Positions 1 through 9,288 of a DNA stretch of 64,000 nt are shown here, piece by piece. Made by a program: the position numbers and the translations under genes. The stretch is from contig JANNVX010000098.1 of assembly GCA_031414595.1 (NCBI GenBank), forward strand, positions 128,001 to 192,000, read 5' to 3'. This stretch comes from Deinococcales bacterium. Its GTDB lineage: Bacteria > Deinococcota > Deinococci > Deinococcales > JAAFIG01. Position 1 is the first letter of the stretch, and each line of letters starts with the position of its first letter. The notes below the pieces were generated by a model, which worked only from the letters and a program-made list of their open reading frames with translations, did not search any database and was not told where the DNA came from.

Positions 1-669
1 CGGATAATCCTCGAGTTTCTGCACCGCCCTCGCCAAATTACGAATTGTGCCACCCATAGCGATTAAAGGTGCAAGGTCTTTTTTCATCCGTGCCAGTGTT
101 GGCTCGAGTTGCTTAAGAACAAACTTCTCGAGTTGCTTCACTTCTTGCTCCGAGGTGCGTGCGCCTTGCAAGAACTGCTCGGTCAAACGCACATAACCAA
201 GTGGAAATGCCTGTCCGCCCATAAAAAGTCGGTTCTCGAGCCGAGAAATCTGGGCGCTGCCGCCACCTAAATCCATCACCCAAGCACTTGAGACCTGAAA
301 AGAATTGGCGACGGCTAATGCTCCGTACTGGGCTTCTTCTTCGCCGCTTAGAATGCGAAAATCTAAGTTAAAACCTTTTAGTTGACTTAGAAAATCTTGG
401 CTGTTGGCAGCTTCGCGCACCGCACTGGTGGCAATCACGGTTAATTTCCCGAGGTTGGTAGCGACAGCATAATCGGCATACAATTTTATGGCATCTATTG
501 CCCGTGTGGTGGCGGCTTTTGACAATTTACCTGTGGCTGCAAAACCCTCGCCGAGCCGCACACTTTCACGAATTTCATCAGTCAAACGAAACCATTGACC
601 CGCTTCAAAGTCATAAACCACCAAACGGGCTGTACCACTGCCCATATCCACAATGCCAATGCGCTTCAT
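1..669 (-). CDS. ppx: Ppx/GppA family exopolyphosphatase (runs off window start)
   Basis: Manual translation from ATG 669: MKRIGIVDMGSGTARLVVYD...VRLGEG...IATSAVREAAN...LSGEEEA...MDLGGGSAQ...MGGTIRNLA (ASKHA Ppx motifs); not in ORF track because no stop falls in the window. Confidence 0.9.
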   Translation of the reverse strand, partial: MKRIGIVDMGSGTARLVVYDFEAGQWFRLTDEIRESVRLGEGFAATGKLSKAATTRAIDAIKLYADYAVATNLGKLTVIATSAVREAANSQDFLSQLKGFNLDFRILSGEEEAQYGALAVANSFQVSSAWVMDLGGGSAQISRLENRLFMGGQAFPLGYVRLTEQFLQGARTSEQEVKQLEKFVLKQLEPTLARMKKDLAPLIAMGGTIRNLARAVQKLEDYP

Positions 670-708
670 CTTGGATAGCTTAACAGGCAATAGGCTCGAG
701 AACCTATT

Positions 709-1122
709 TTAACGGGTGAACAATTCGTCTGTACCACCCGCGTGACAATCTTTGCACAGGGCTTGCCCATTAACTCCGCCAGCCCCAATGCTGTACTTGC
801 CATTTCTTGGAAAATATTCTTCGTAATACCAACCGGTAGAGCGTTTATACATTACTGCCACAAAACTTGGACTCGAGATTTTGCCACCTGTTTTAATAAC
901 AATGCTACCAATCGGCAACTTGCCCGATTTTTTCCATGCCGTAGCTGCGATTTTATTGGCAAAAACTTGTTTGGTTTGCCCACTGTGCGGTCCACCAGTA
1001 TCTAAGTTCTTGGCGACCACTGTCCATTTTTCAAACCCCGTTAAGGTTTTGGGTAAACCCACCAGCCCAGTTGCGAGTGCCACGCCGCCCAATACCAAGA
1101 CTGCCAGAATGTATTTGGTCAT
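709..1122 (-). CDS. Secreted c-type cytochrome, cytochrome P460 family-like
   Basis: Signal peptide; VFAN..A, LPIGSIVIK, VAVMYK..GW and C-terminal CKDCH heme motif. Confidence 0.75.
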   Translation of the reverse strand: MTKYILAVLVLGGVALATGLVGLPKTLTGFEKWTVVAKNLDTGGPHSGQTKQVFANKIAATAWKKSGKLPIGSIVIKTGGKISSPSFVAVMYKRSTGWYYEEYFPRNGKYSIGAGGVNGQALCKDCHAGGTDELFTR

Positions 1123-1154
1123 GCCCTATTGTACGTTACGGATTGAGCGAAAGT

Positions 1155-2339
1155 TCAAAAGCGCGTAAAAATAAGCGGCACAAGCATTTCTTCTTTAGAT
1201 AAAGCCCCGTGTGAACCTCGGTGTGGGCGGCTTGGATGCTTACCCGAAAAGGTATAACACAATTGTGCGCCGTCTCTGGGCATAGCAATTAAATCCCCGA
1301 CACGATTGTAAAACGTCTCTTGGGCTGGCAAGCCACCAAAAAGACCGGCTTCCCATGCCTCGGTTGCCAAAACGGTATGCGAAGTCACCTCGAGCATATC
1401 GCGCACCTCCTCGAGCATATTTGGTTTAACCCGAAAAGTACGACAAACCCGATCTCCGGCTGGCGCACTGAGCAGTAGCGGCATCAGGTCACGCTGCTGC
1501 TCTAAGTAAACTGTGTTCTTCTCGAGTAAATCGGTCTGTCCGTGGTCGGCAGTTAAAACAAAGGCGGTTTTCCCATTTTTTGGAATGCGTTTGAGTAATC
1601 TTGCCACCGCGTTATCAAGAGCGTTAATTTCATCCGAGGCTTCTTGGCTGCTGGGTCCGTGCTTATGGCAAACCGTGTCGTAATCTGCCCAATACACAAC
1701 AACCATTTTTTGGTCTGGACTTTGCAAAGCTGGCATGGCAACACTGGCGCAGGTATTGGCACTTAAGTAGCCGTACTGCATGGCTCTTGCCCAATACCAT
1801 TCATTTAACCAAGTAAAACGGTACTCGGTAGGTGCAACCGAAAAAGCACTGATGCCCTGACGCTCGAGTTTGGCGTAAATACTCTGAAAAGTCTTTAAGA
1901 AATCTGGTTCTTCTAGTTTTTTTTGCTTGACCAAATCGAGTTGCCCAATCATTTCTGTGACTGCATTCACTTCCTCGAGCCAAAGCGTGTAGCCAAGCCA
2001 GCCTGTTTGGGCGGGTGTAGCAGCCATGTGCATTCCTGTAATCGCCGCCATCGTGGTACTGGGAAAAACACTGGTCAGGCTGCTTTGCAGACTATCGCCT
2101 AATAATGCCTTGACATTGGGCATATCACCATCAGCGATGTGTTTCTCGAGTTGCCACTGCCCAAGTCCATCGGCAATAAAAAGCACAATCGTTTCGACAC
2201 CCTCGAGCGCTAAAGACTGACGCAAGACTGGCGCAGAGGTAATCACCCCAAAATGCCGAGCGAGACTCGAGGTCAAATTAACAATACTGCCACCAGCGTA
2301 ATCTGGGCTAATCATTGAACTGGGTAATTGAAGTGCCAC
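1155..2339 (-). CDS. Alkaline phosphatase superfamily / type I phosphodiesterase
   Basis: LFIADGLG, SVFPSTT, DTVCHKHG, TADHGQ, GSHGALS motifs. Confidence 0.85.
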   Translation of the reverse strand: MALQLPSSMISPDYAGGSIVNLTSSLARHFGVITSAPVLRQSLALEGVETIVLFIADGLGQWQLEKHIADGDMPNVKALLGDSLQSSLTSVFPSTTMAAITGMHMAATPAQTGWLGYTLWLEEVNAVTEMIGQLDLVKQKKLEEPDFLKTFQSIYAKLERQGISAFSVAPTEYRFTWLNEWYWARAMQYGYLSANTCASVAMPALQSPDQKMVVVYWADYDTVCHKHGPSSQEASDEINALDNAVARLLKRIPKNGKTAFVLTADHGQTDLLEKNTVYLEQQRDLMPLLLSAPAGDRVCRTFRVKPNMLEEVRDMLEVTSHTVLATEAWEAGLFGGLPAQETFYNRVGDLIAMPRDGAQLCYTFSGKHPSRPHRGSHGALSKEEMLVPLIFTRF

Positions 2340-2370
2340 GGCTACAGACTATCATTCAAAAGGAGGTTTA

Positions 2371-3426
2371 TTAAACCATTGGCAACATAATTTGCAGACT
2401 CTGTACCGAAATACGCCCAGCGATGGCTCGAGCCACATCGGTTAGTGCAAGGGCTTCTTTGGTTTCGGGGTTAGAGACCACCACAGGCGCACCATTATCG
2501 CCAGAGATACGCACCTCGAGACCGATTGGAATTTCACCCAGCACTGGAATACCGAGTTTATCGGCTTGGGTTTTCGCACCACCATGACCAAAAATATCGT
2601 AACGAGTCCCCGTGTCTGGGGCAATAAAGTAACTCATGTTCTCGACAATTCCCAAAATCGGCACATTGGCTTTGCGGAACATATCCACGGCTCTGGTTGC
2701 ATCTATCCACGCCACATCTTGCGGTGTAGAAACAATCACTGCCCCGGTAATCGTGACGCTCTGGGTTAGGGATAACTGCACATCGCCAGTCCCCGGCGGC
2801 AAGTCAATCACCAAGTAATCTAAGTCGCCCCAAGCAGCATCGTGCAGGGTCTGACGCACAAAACTATGGAGCATTGGTCCGCGCCAAACGGTGGCTTGAC
2901 CGGGTGCAACCAAGTTGCCCATGCTAATAAATTTTAGTCCGTGTTTCTCGAGCGGCAGCATTTTTTTGTTCTCATCGGCAAACATCCGTTCATCGGTCAT
3001 GCCAAACATATGGGCGATGCTTGGTCCGTAGACATCCGAATCGAGCAGTCCGACTTTAGCCCCGTCTTTTGCCAGCGAACAAGCAATATTGGCTGCCACC
3101 GTACTTTTTCCCACGCCGCCTTTACCGCTTCCCACCACAATCACATGTTTGACCCCCGGAATTGGGTTCTCAGTTGGCGGACGAACCTGAGCGCCAAAAC
3201 TGACATTAACATGCTTGACTTCTGGGACTTTCAGCACGGCTGCCACCACATCCGATTCAATTTTGCCTTTGAGCGGACAGGCTGGGGTGGTCAGTTCAAC
3301 TTTGACATGAACGATGTTGCCTTCGATACTCATTTTTTCAATCATCCCGAGTGACACAAGGTCTTTGTGCAGTTCGGGGTCATCCACAGTTCGCAGGGCA
3401 TTCATCACAGCAGCTTCTGAAATCAT
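2371..3426 (-). CDS. apbC: Mrp/NBP35 (ApbC) Fe-S cluster carrier ATPase with N-terminal DUF59 domain
   Basis: DPEL..DLV, TTPACP, GSGKGGVGKST, DLPPGTGD, ENMS; ATG 3426 has TATCCT 6 nt upstream (leaderless start). Confidence 0.92.
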   Translation of the reverse strand: MISEAAVMNALRTVDDPELHKDLVSLGMIEKMSIEGNIVHVKVELTTPACPLKGKIESDVVAAVLKVPEVKHVNVSFGAQVRPPTENPIPGVKHVIVVGSGKGGVGKSTVAANIACSLAKDGAKVGLLDSDVYGPSIAHMFGMTDERMFADENKKMLPLEKHGLKFISMGNLVAPGQATVWRGPMLHSFVRQTLHDAAWGDLDYLVIDLPPGTGDVQLSLTQSVTITGAVIVSTPQDVAWIDATRAVDMFRKANVPILGIVENMSYFIAPDTGTRYDIFGHGGAKTQADKLGIPVLGEIPIGLEVRISGDNGAPVVVSNPETKEALALTDVARAIAGRISVQSLQIMLPMV

Positions 3427-3461
3427 GAAGGCAGGATAACGTCTTTGGGTTAAAACTTGCG

Positions 3462-3592
3462 GGACTCGAGTCACACAACCGATGCAGGACTCGTTCACAC
3501 AACCGATGCAAGGCTCGTTCACACAACCGATGCAAGGCTCGTTCACACAACCGATGCAGGACTCGTTCACATAGCCGATGCAGGACTCGAGT
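3462..3592. repeat. Five tandem 24-bp units (TCACACAACCGATGCARGRCTCGT)
   Basis: Units start at 3471, 3495, 3519, 3543, 3567; array bounded by GGACTCGAGT at both ends. Confidence 0.95.
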
Positions 3593-3620
3593 TGGTGAAT
3601 GGTTTATACTTTGGCGCACG

Positions 3621-4631
3621 ATGCAAAAGAAATTTAATCTGGTTCTGGTCGGTTGTGGCAATATGGCGCACACTTGGGTTGAATATGCCAAAACACGCGA
3701 CGACACCGACATTGTTGCCGTGGTGGATATTCAGCCCAGCACGGCGACTGCCCTGCTCGAGCGGCATGGTCTGACCTGTCCTGCTTTTACCAACCTCAGC
3801 CAAGCCTTAAATGCCACCAATGCCAATCTGGTCTTTGATGTGACTATTCCCGAGGCACACGAGGAAGTGGTGCTAACGGCATTAAAATTTGGCTGTGATG
3901 TCTTTGGTGAAAAACCCTTAGCGGCTTCTTTAGCAGCAGCCCAAGGGATGGTCAAGACCGCCATCAAAACTGGGCGGACTTTTGCGATCATGCAGAACCG
4001 GCGTTATAACAATCAGATTCGGGCATACCAAGATTTGATAAAAGTTATTGGCGAAGTTGGTTTTTTAAGTGCCAATTTTTTTATTGCGCCACATTTTGGG
4101 GGTTTTCGGGAAGCCATGCAGAGTCCGTTGTTACTCGATATGGCAATTCATACCTTTGATGCAGCCCGTTTTTTATCGGGGGCGGATGCGGTATCAGTTT
4201 ATTGTCATGAATTTAATCCCAAGGGTTCTTGGTACGCAGGTCATGCCAATGCCATCTGTATTTTTGAAATGTCGGATGGTTCAGTTTTTTCGTATAACGG
4301 GTCATGGGCTGCCGAAGGTGCTTTTACGGCTTGGGAAGCCGAATGGCGGGTGCTTGGTTCTCGAGGTACAGCCATTTGGAATGGCAAAGACGCGCCGTTT
4401 GCCGAAATCGTTAAAACCCCAGAGCAGCAAAGTTTTATTCGAGACTTCACAAAAATAGAAGCGGTTGTACCAAACTTACCAGAAGGACACCATGCTTGTT
4501 TAGAGGAGATGTTCGCGGCGGTGCTGAATAACCAAGCCCCACAAACCATCTGTACCGATAACATCAAAAGCCTAGGCATGGTTTTTGCTGCCCTCGAGAG
4601 TTCGCGGCTTGGGCAAAAAGTGATGCTTTAA
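3621..4631 (+). CDS. Gfo/Idh/MocA family oxidoreductase
   Basis: LVGCGNMA Rossmann motif, EKPLA, DMAIHTFD. Confidence 0.92.
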   Translation: MQKKFNLVLVGCGNMAHTWVEYAKTRDDTDIVAVVDIQPSTATALLERHGLTCPAFTNLSQALNATNANLVFDVTIPEAHEEVVLTALKFGCDVFGEKPLAASLAAAQGMVKTAIKTGRTFAIMQNRRYNNQIRAYQDLIKVIGEVGFLSANFFIAPHFGGFREAMQSPLLLDMAIHTFDAARFLSGADAVSVYCHEFNPKGSWYAGHANAICIFEMSDGSVFSYNGSWAAEGAFTAWEAEWRVLGSRGTAIWNGKDAPFAEIVKTPEQQSFIRDFTKIEAVVPNLPEGHHACLEEMFAAVLNNQAPQTICTDNIKSLGMVFAALESSRLGQKVML

Positions 4632-4690
4632 CCCAAGCAGACTCGAGCTTCAGCAATTGAAACAAAAGTCATCAGCCCGTATGCTGGGCT

Positions 4691-6292
4691 ATGTTAAATC
4701 CAACTCGAGCCTTGGCAGTCCAAATGGTCGAGGCTGCCAGCATCACCAACACGCAAAGCGAACGGGATTTCCCAGATGTACTGATGCGCTTGATTGGGCA
4801 AGAAAGCTACTTTCAGACCCATCCAGAATTGCTGTGGTTGCCAAGCATTGCTCACGACCCACATGAGCGGCGCAATGTTTGTGCCTTGGTACGCGGTTCG
4901 GGACGCAAAACTGTGGTCTTGACTGGACATTACGATGTGGTCAGCACCGATAATTACGGTCCTTTGCAGCCTTGGGCGTTTTCTCCCGAGCTACTACAGC
5001 AAAAAATAATCGAGGATTTGCGCCAAAACGCCCGCAGTCAAGCCGAACACCGCGCCCTGCACGATTTAGAAAGTGGTTTGTATCTACCCGGGCGGGGCTT
5101 GTTGGATATGAAAGCTGGTTTAGCGGCTGGCTTAACCGCTTTGTACGGCTTTGCTGCCCTGAATAATCGGGTTGGCAATGTTCTATTTTTGGCTGTCGCC
5201 GACGAAGAAGACCGCTCCCATGGCGCTCGAGTTGCCTCGAGTATCCTTGGCGGACTTGATTTAGAGGTGGTGGGCGTAATCAACCTTGATGCCACATCGG
5301 ACACAGGGGACGGCTCGACTGGACAAGCCTTGTACTTAGGCAGTGTTGGTAAACTCTTGGTTTCGGCATTGGTGATTGGTGTGGATACCCACGCGGGTTA
5401 TGCACTGGACGGCATCAACGCCAATTTCTTAGCCAGTGCTTTAAGTATGAATTTTGAAGTCAATCCGCGCCTGACTGACCAGAGCTTTGGTGAAATTGGC
5501 ACACCGCCGACTTCCTTAAAACAAAGCGATCAAAAACAACAATACGATGTCACTACACCGGCTCGAGCATGGTTGTGTATGAATGTACTGACCCATGGTT
5601 TAAGTGCTACAGAAGTTCTCAAAGGGTTTACTCGAGAAGCAAAACATGCTATTGATGGCGCTTTACAGTTTTTGCGTAACCGAGCCGAAAAATTAGGCGA
5701 GAAATCTGCGGCACATGGGGCAAGTCCATTGGTGTTGACTTACCAAGACTTGTTGCAGCACTGCCAAAAACAAACTGGCTTTGACAGCCAACTCGAGCAG
5801 TTCTGCAAGCAACTCGAGCCAAAATTAGATTTACCCAGTCAGAGCCAACTGGTTCTTAATTGGCTTTGGGATAAGAGCGGCTTACTTGGACCAGCCGTGG
5901 TGCTTAGTTTTGCTTCGCTGCATTATCCAAGTACCTTTTTGCCGCAAACCGACCCATTTGTGCAAATTATTCAAAAAACCCTCGAGCAAGTTCAAACAGA
6001 CTTGGGTGTGGCGGTGACTGAGCGCCGTTTCTTTCGGGGCATCAGCGACATGAGTTGGTTTGGTCACGCCGACCCTGAAGATATTGCTTTTGTCAATGCC
6101 AACACTGCCGCGCCACTTGCTCGAATTCTGACCATGCCAGCCCAGTTACCTGTGGTTAATCTTGGACCGTGGGGACGTGATTATCATCAGTGGCTTGAGC
6201 GGGTCTATATGCCATATGCGTTTGAACATCTGCCTGAAATTCTTTACCGCATTCTTGTGGATACCTTGGAATCTAGCTTGAGCGGCGTTTGA
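4691..6292 (+). CDS. M20/M25/M40 metallohydrolase, RocB-like
   Basis: GHYDVV, GRGLLDMKAG, DEED, GISDMS, NLGPWGRDYHQWLER. Confidence 0.85.
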   Translation: MLNPTRALAVQMVEAASITNTQSERDFPDVLMRLIGQESYFQTHPELLWLPSIAHDPHERRNVCALVRGSGRKTVVLTGHYDVVSTDNYGPLQPWAFSPELLQQKIIEDLRQNARSQAEHRALHDLESGLYLPGRGLLDMKAGLAAGLTALYGFAALNNRVGNVLFLAVADEEDRSHGARVASSILGGLDLEVVGVINLDATSDTGDGSTGQALYLGSVGKLLVSALVIGVDTHAGYALDGINANFLASALSMNFEVNPRLTDQSFGEIGTPPTSLKQSDQKQQYDVTTPARAWLCMNVLTHGLSATEVLKGFTREAKHAIDGALQFLRNRAEKLGEKSAAHGASPLVLTYQDLLQHCQKQTGFDSQLEQFCKQLEPKLDLPSQSQLVLNWLWDKSGLLGPAVVLSFASLHYPSTFLPQTDPFVQIIQKTLEQVQTDLGVAVTERRFFRGISDMSWFGHADPEDIAFVNANTAAPLARILTMPAQLPVVNLGPWGRDYHQWLERVYMPYAFEHLPEILYRILVDTLESSLSGV

Positions 6293-8729
6293 CTGCCCCG
6301 CGCACAGCCGTGGCAGTGTATGGGTCTTCTGCCCATGAATGCTTTGGATATTTGATTTTCAGTTCACGCCGCACACTGGGATAAGTGTTTTTCCAAAAAC
6401 TACCTAAATCTTGGGTCACTTGCACAGGGCGGTAGGCTGGACTTAATAGATGCAGCAGCACGGCGGTGCGTCCATCATTGACTTTTGGAGTCTCGAGCAA
6501 ACCAAAAACCTCTTGCAAGCGCACCGCTAAGACTGGCGCAGCACCATCTAAATAATACTCGAGACGAATTTGACTGCCACTTGGCACTTGCATTTTGGCT
6601 GGCGCAAGTGTGTCTATTTGGCGCTGTGTTTCCCAAGGCAAGCTCGCTTCGAGAATGCCACGCAAGTCTAGCCGAGCAAAATCAGCTTGACGACGCACAG
6701 CCTCGAAATGCGGAACAAGCCAAGTCTCTAAGGTCTCGAGCAGTGCCAAATCCGAAAAATCTGGAAAAGCAGCCCCACGCCAAACATGCAGGCTTTGAAC
6801 TCGGGCTTGGTAAGCTCGTGCCTGTTCTGACCACTCGAGCAGATTGGGATTAGCACGAATAGCACTGCATAAAACACGATTCTTTTGGTCAGTTGGGATG
6901 TTTTGAAGCGGTTTAGATTCTAGGATGATTTCACCAATTCGGGTTTCGCTTCGGGCAATCAGTGTACCTTCTCGAGTATCCCAACGCAGCACATCCAAAC
7001 TGGTGCAAAACGGCTCAAGGTCTTGGACTTCAAGTGGAGCGCACAAAAAAACCTTGCCTTCTTCGCTACCCGCATCCAATTGGGCAATCGCAAGGTACGG
7101 CGTGCCTTGTAAAATATCGGCTGGCGGGAGTTGGACACCGCGCCCAAGGGCAAGTTTGTACTTACGGCTCTCCCCTGTTCGGATTTGGGCAATTCGGTCT
7201 GGGTAAGCCAAAGCAATCAGTTTACCAACATCGGCATGGTTAAAAGCACTGGTCTCGAGTTTGGTTCTTAAAAGTTTCGCCCATTGTGCAGCCACCCGTT
7301 CGACTCGAGCCAGACGTGATTGGTCAGCTTCAAAAATCCGTTTGCCTGTTCGAGCAGTTCTTAGGACTTCGACGCGGATGCCAAGGTCGGTGCTGTCAGA
7401 TTCCAAAAAATCGCGTTCCTCGAGAATCGCGGCAACATCGGCAGCCAGTGGTGCGAGTCCTAAATCTTGGGCTTCAAGTGCCAAATGTGCCAAACGCGGA
7501 TGGGCTGGAAAACGCAGCATTGTCTGTCCTCGAGACGTGATTCGGTTGTTCTCGAGTGCGCCCAAACGGGTTAAGAGGTCGCGGGCTTTTTCCAGTGCCA
7601 CAGGGTTTGGTGGTGTGACCCATTCAAGCGAGGATGCACCCCATGCTGCTAGTTCTAAACAAAGTGGCGCGAGGTCGGATTCAAGAATTTCTGGTTTGCG
7701 TTGGCGCTCGAGACTGGCTTGCCCGCTTTGTGTCCAGAGGCGGTAAACAATTCCAGCTTGGGTTCGCCCAGCCCGCCCAGCCCGTTGTGTGGCTGCATCC
7801 ACAGTCACCCGTACAGTCTCGAGCCGTGTCAGACTGCTTTGTGGGTCAAAGCGTGGCACTCGCGCCACACCGCTATCAATCACAATGCTGACCCCTTCGA
7901 TGGTCAAGCTGGTTTCGGCAATACTTGTGGCAAGTACAATTTTGCGTCTGCCATTTGGGTCTGGCAGAATTGCTTGGGTCTGGGCATCTAAACTTAATTC
8001 ACCATAAAGCGGCAGCACCACTGCCTCACAACCATCCAGTAAATCCAGACAGCGCAAAATTTCGCCAGCCCCCGGCAAAAACACCAGAATATCGCCAGTC
8101 TCGGACTCGAGGGCGCGAAAAACACTCATGGCAACTCGGTTTGGAATCGGAGTCTCTAGTTCACGGGCAGCATAGCGAATTTCAATTGGAAACGAACGCC
8201 CTTCGGCTTTTATCACTGGGGCATTCAGGACACTCGAAAGATTTTGGCTGTCGAGTGTGGCACTCATGATGATAATTTTTAAGTCTGGACGGATTTCGCG
8301 CTGAATCTCGCGGCACAGTGCCAGCGCAAGGTCAGCATGAATACTGCGTTCGTGGAATTCATCAAAAATAATACAAGCAATTCCGTCTAAGGTTGGGTCA
8401 TCCTGCAAACGGCGGGTTAAAAGCCCTTCAGTTAGCACCTCGAGTTGGGTCTGGCTCGAGATGACTTTTTCAAAACGCACCCAATAGCCAATCCGTTGCC
8501 CGACAGCTTGACCAATTAAACTTGCCATGCGGCTTGCTACACTTCGGGCGGCCAAACGCCGAGGCTCGAGCATGATAATTTTTTGCATTTTCTCGAGTAA
8601 AAAAAGTGGTAGGAGCGTAGATTTTCCTGCACCAGGAGGGGCTTCTACAATAATTATAGCGCTTGTTTCGAGATGCAAAGTAAGCTCGGAGAAAATTTCT
8701 TTGATCGGGAGTTGAAACTTATCAGACAC
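6273..8729 (-). CDS. hrpB: ATP-dependent helicase HrpB
   Basis: APPGAGKST, DEFHERS, MSATL, QRAGRAGR, HrpB C-terminal LLSPA.RPVQVTQDL.SFW..YPKH.W. Confidence 0.96.
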   Translation of the reverse strand: MSDKFQLPIKEIFSELTLHLETSAIIIVEAPPGAGKSTLLPLFLLEKMQKIIMLEPRRLAARSVASRMASLIGQAVGQRIGYWVRFEKVISSQTQLEVLTEGLLTRRLQDDPTLDGIACIIFDEFHERSIHADLALALCREIQREIRPDLKIIIMSATLDSQNLSSVLNAPVIKAEGRSFPIEIRYAARELETPIPNRVAMSVFRALESETGDILVFLPGAGEILRCLDLLDGCEAVVLPLYGELSLDAQTQAILPDPNGRRKIVLATSIAETSLTIEGVSIVIDSGVARVPRFDPQSSLTRLETVRVTVDAATQRAGRAGRTQAGIVYRLWTQSGQASLERQRKPEILESDLAPLCLELAAWGASSLEWVTPPNPVALEKARDLLTRLGALENNRITSRGQTMLRFPAHPRLAHLALEAQDLGLAPLAADVAAILEERDFLESDSTDLGIRVEVLRTARTGKRIFEADQSRLARVERVAAQWAKLLRTKLETSAFNHADVGKLIALAYPDRIAQIRTGESRKYKLALGRGVQLPPADILQGTPYLAIAQLDAGSEEGKVFLCAPLEVQDLEPFCTSLDVLRWDTREGTLIARSETRIGEIILESKPLQNIPTDQKNRVLCSAIRANPNLLEWSEQARAYQARVQSLHVWRGAAFPDFSDLALLETLETWLVPHFEAVRRQADFARLDLRGILEASLPWETQRQIDTLAPAKMQVPSGSQIRLEYYLDGAAPVLAVRLQEVFGLLETPKVNDGRTAVLLHLLSPAYRPVQVTQDLGSFWKNTYPSVRRELKIKYPKHSWAEDPYTATAVRGAVKRRSS

Positions 8730-8834
8730 AGAACGCGTAGAATACCTCGGGTTGAACGAAAATAATAATCTGAAACTTATCAGACAATTAACGCGTACAA
8801 TAAGCGCGGGTTTACCCTAAGAAGGAGAAATACT

Positions 8835-9236
8835 ATGGAAGAAGTCAAGAATGTGGTTGCAGACGTAACTGACCAAGCAAAAGCGGCTGCTGGAACAGCC
8901 CAGAATGTAGCAGCCGATGTGGCTGGTCAAGCCCAAGCTGGTTTAGAAGGGGCTAGTAAAGCCGCCGAGGACATCGGTGCAAAAGCCGCCGATATGGCTG
9001 GCGATGCGCTCGAGCAGGGCAAAGATATGGCAGCCGATGCCGCCGCAAAAGCCAAGGAACTCTTAGGCGATGCGCCAGAACAAGCCAAAGAATTTGCCGA
9101 AAATGCCTTTGAAACGGTTAAAGACGTAGCCGAAGATGTTGCCAAAGGTGTCTCGGATGCTGTAGGCGGCGCACTCGAGGGCGCAAAGAACCTCTTGGGT
9201 GGTTTATTTGGTGGCGGCAAAGACAAAGACGCATAA
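8835..9236 (+). CDS. Ala-rich 11-mer repeat protein, LEA-like
   Basis: AAGGAG RBS; acidic/Ala-rich amphipathic 11-residue periodicity; own terminator. Confidence 0.7.
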   Translation: MEEVKNVVADVTDQAKAAAGTAQNVAADVAGQAQAGLEGASKAAEDIGAKAADMAGDALEQGKDMAADAAAKAKELLGDAPEQAKEFAENAFETVKDVAEDVAKGVSDAVGGALEGAKNLLGGLFGGGKDKDA

Positions 9237-9245
9237 AGAACCAAT

Positions 9246-9276
9246 AAAAAAGCGCAGCCAATGGCTGCGCTTTTTT
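9246..9276. terminator. Bidirectional intrinsic terminator
   Basis: AAAAAAGCGCAGCCA-A-TGGCTGCGCTTTTTT between convergent genes. Confidence 0.9.
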
Positions 9277-9288
9277 ACAGATTACAAC

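Noticed and set aside
3462-3592. CRISPR array
   Set aside because: Units are contiguous with no unique spacers, and no cas genes are in the window
9246-9276. Repeat family shared with the terminator at 52348
   Set aside because: Similar stems, but two short GC-rich terminators can converge; too little evidence
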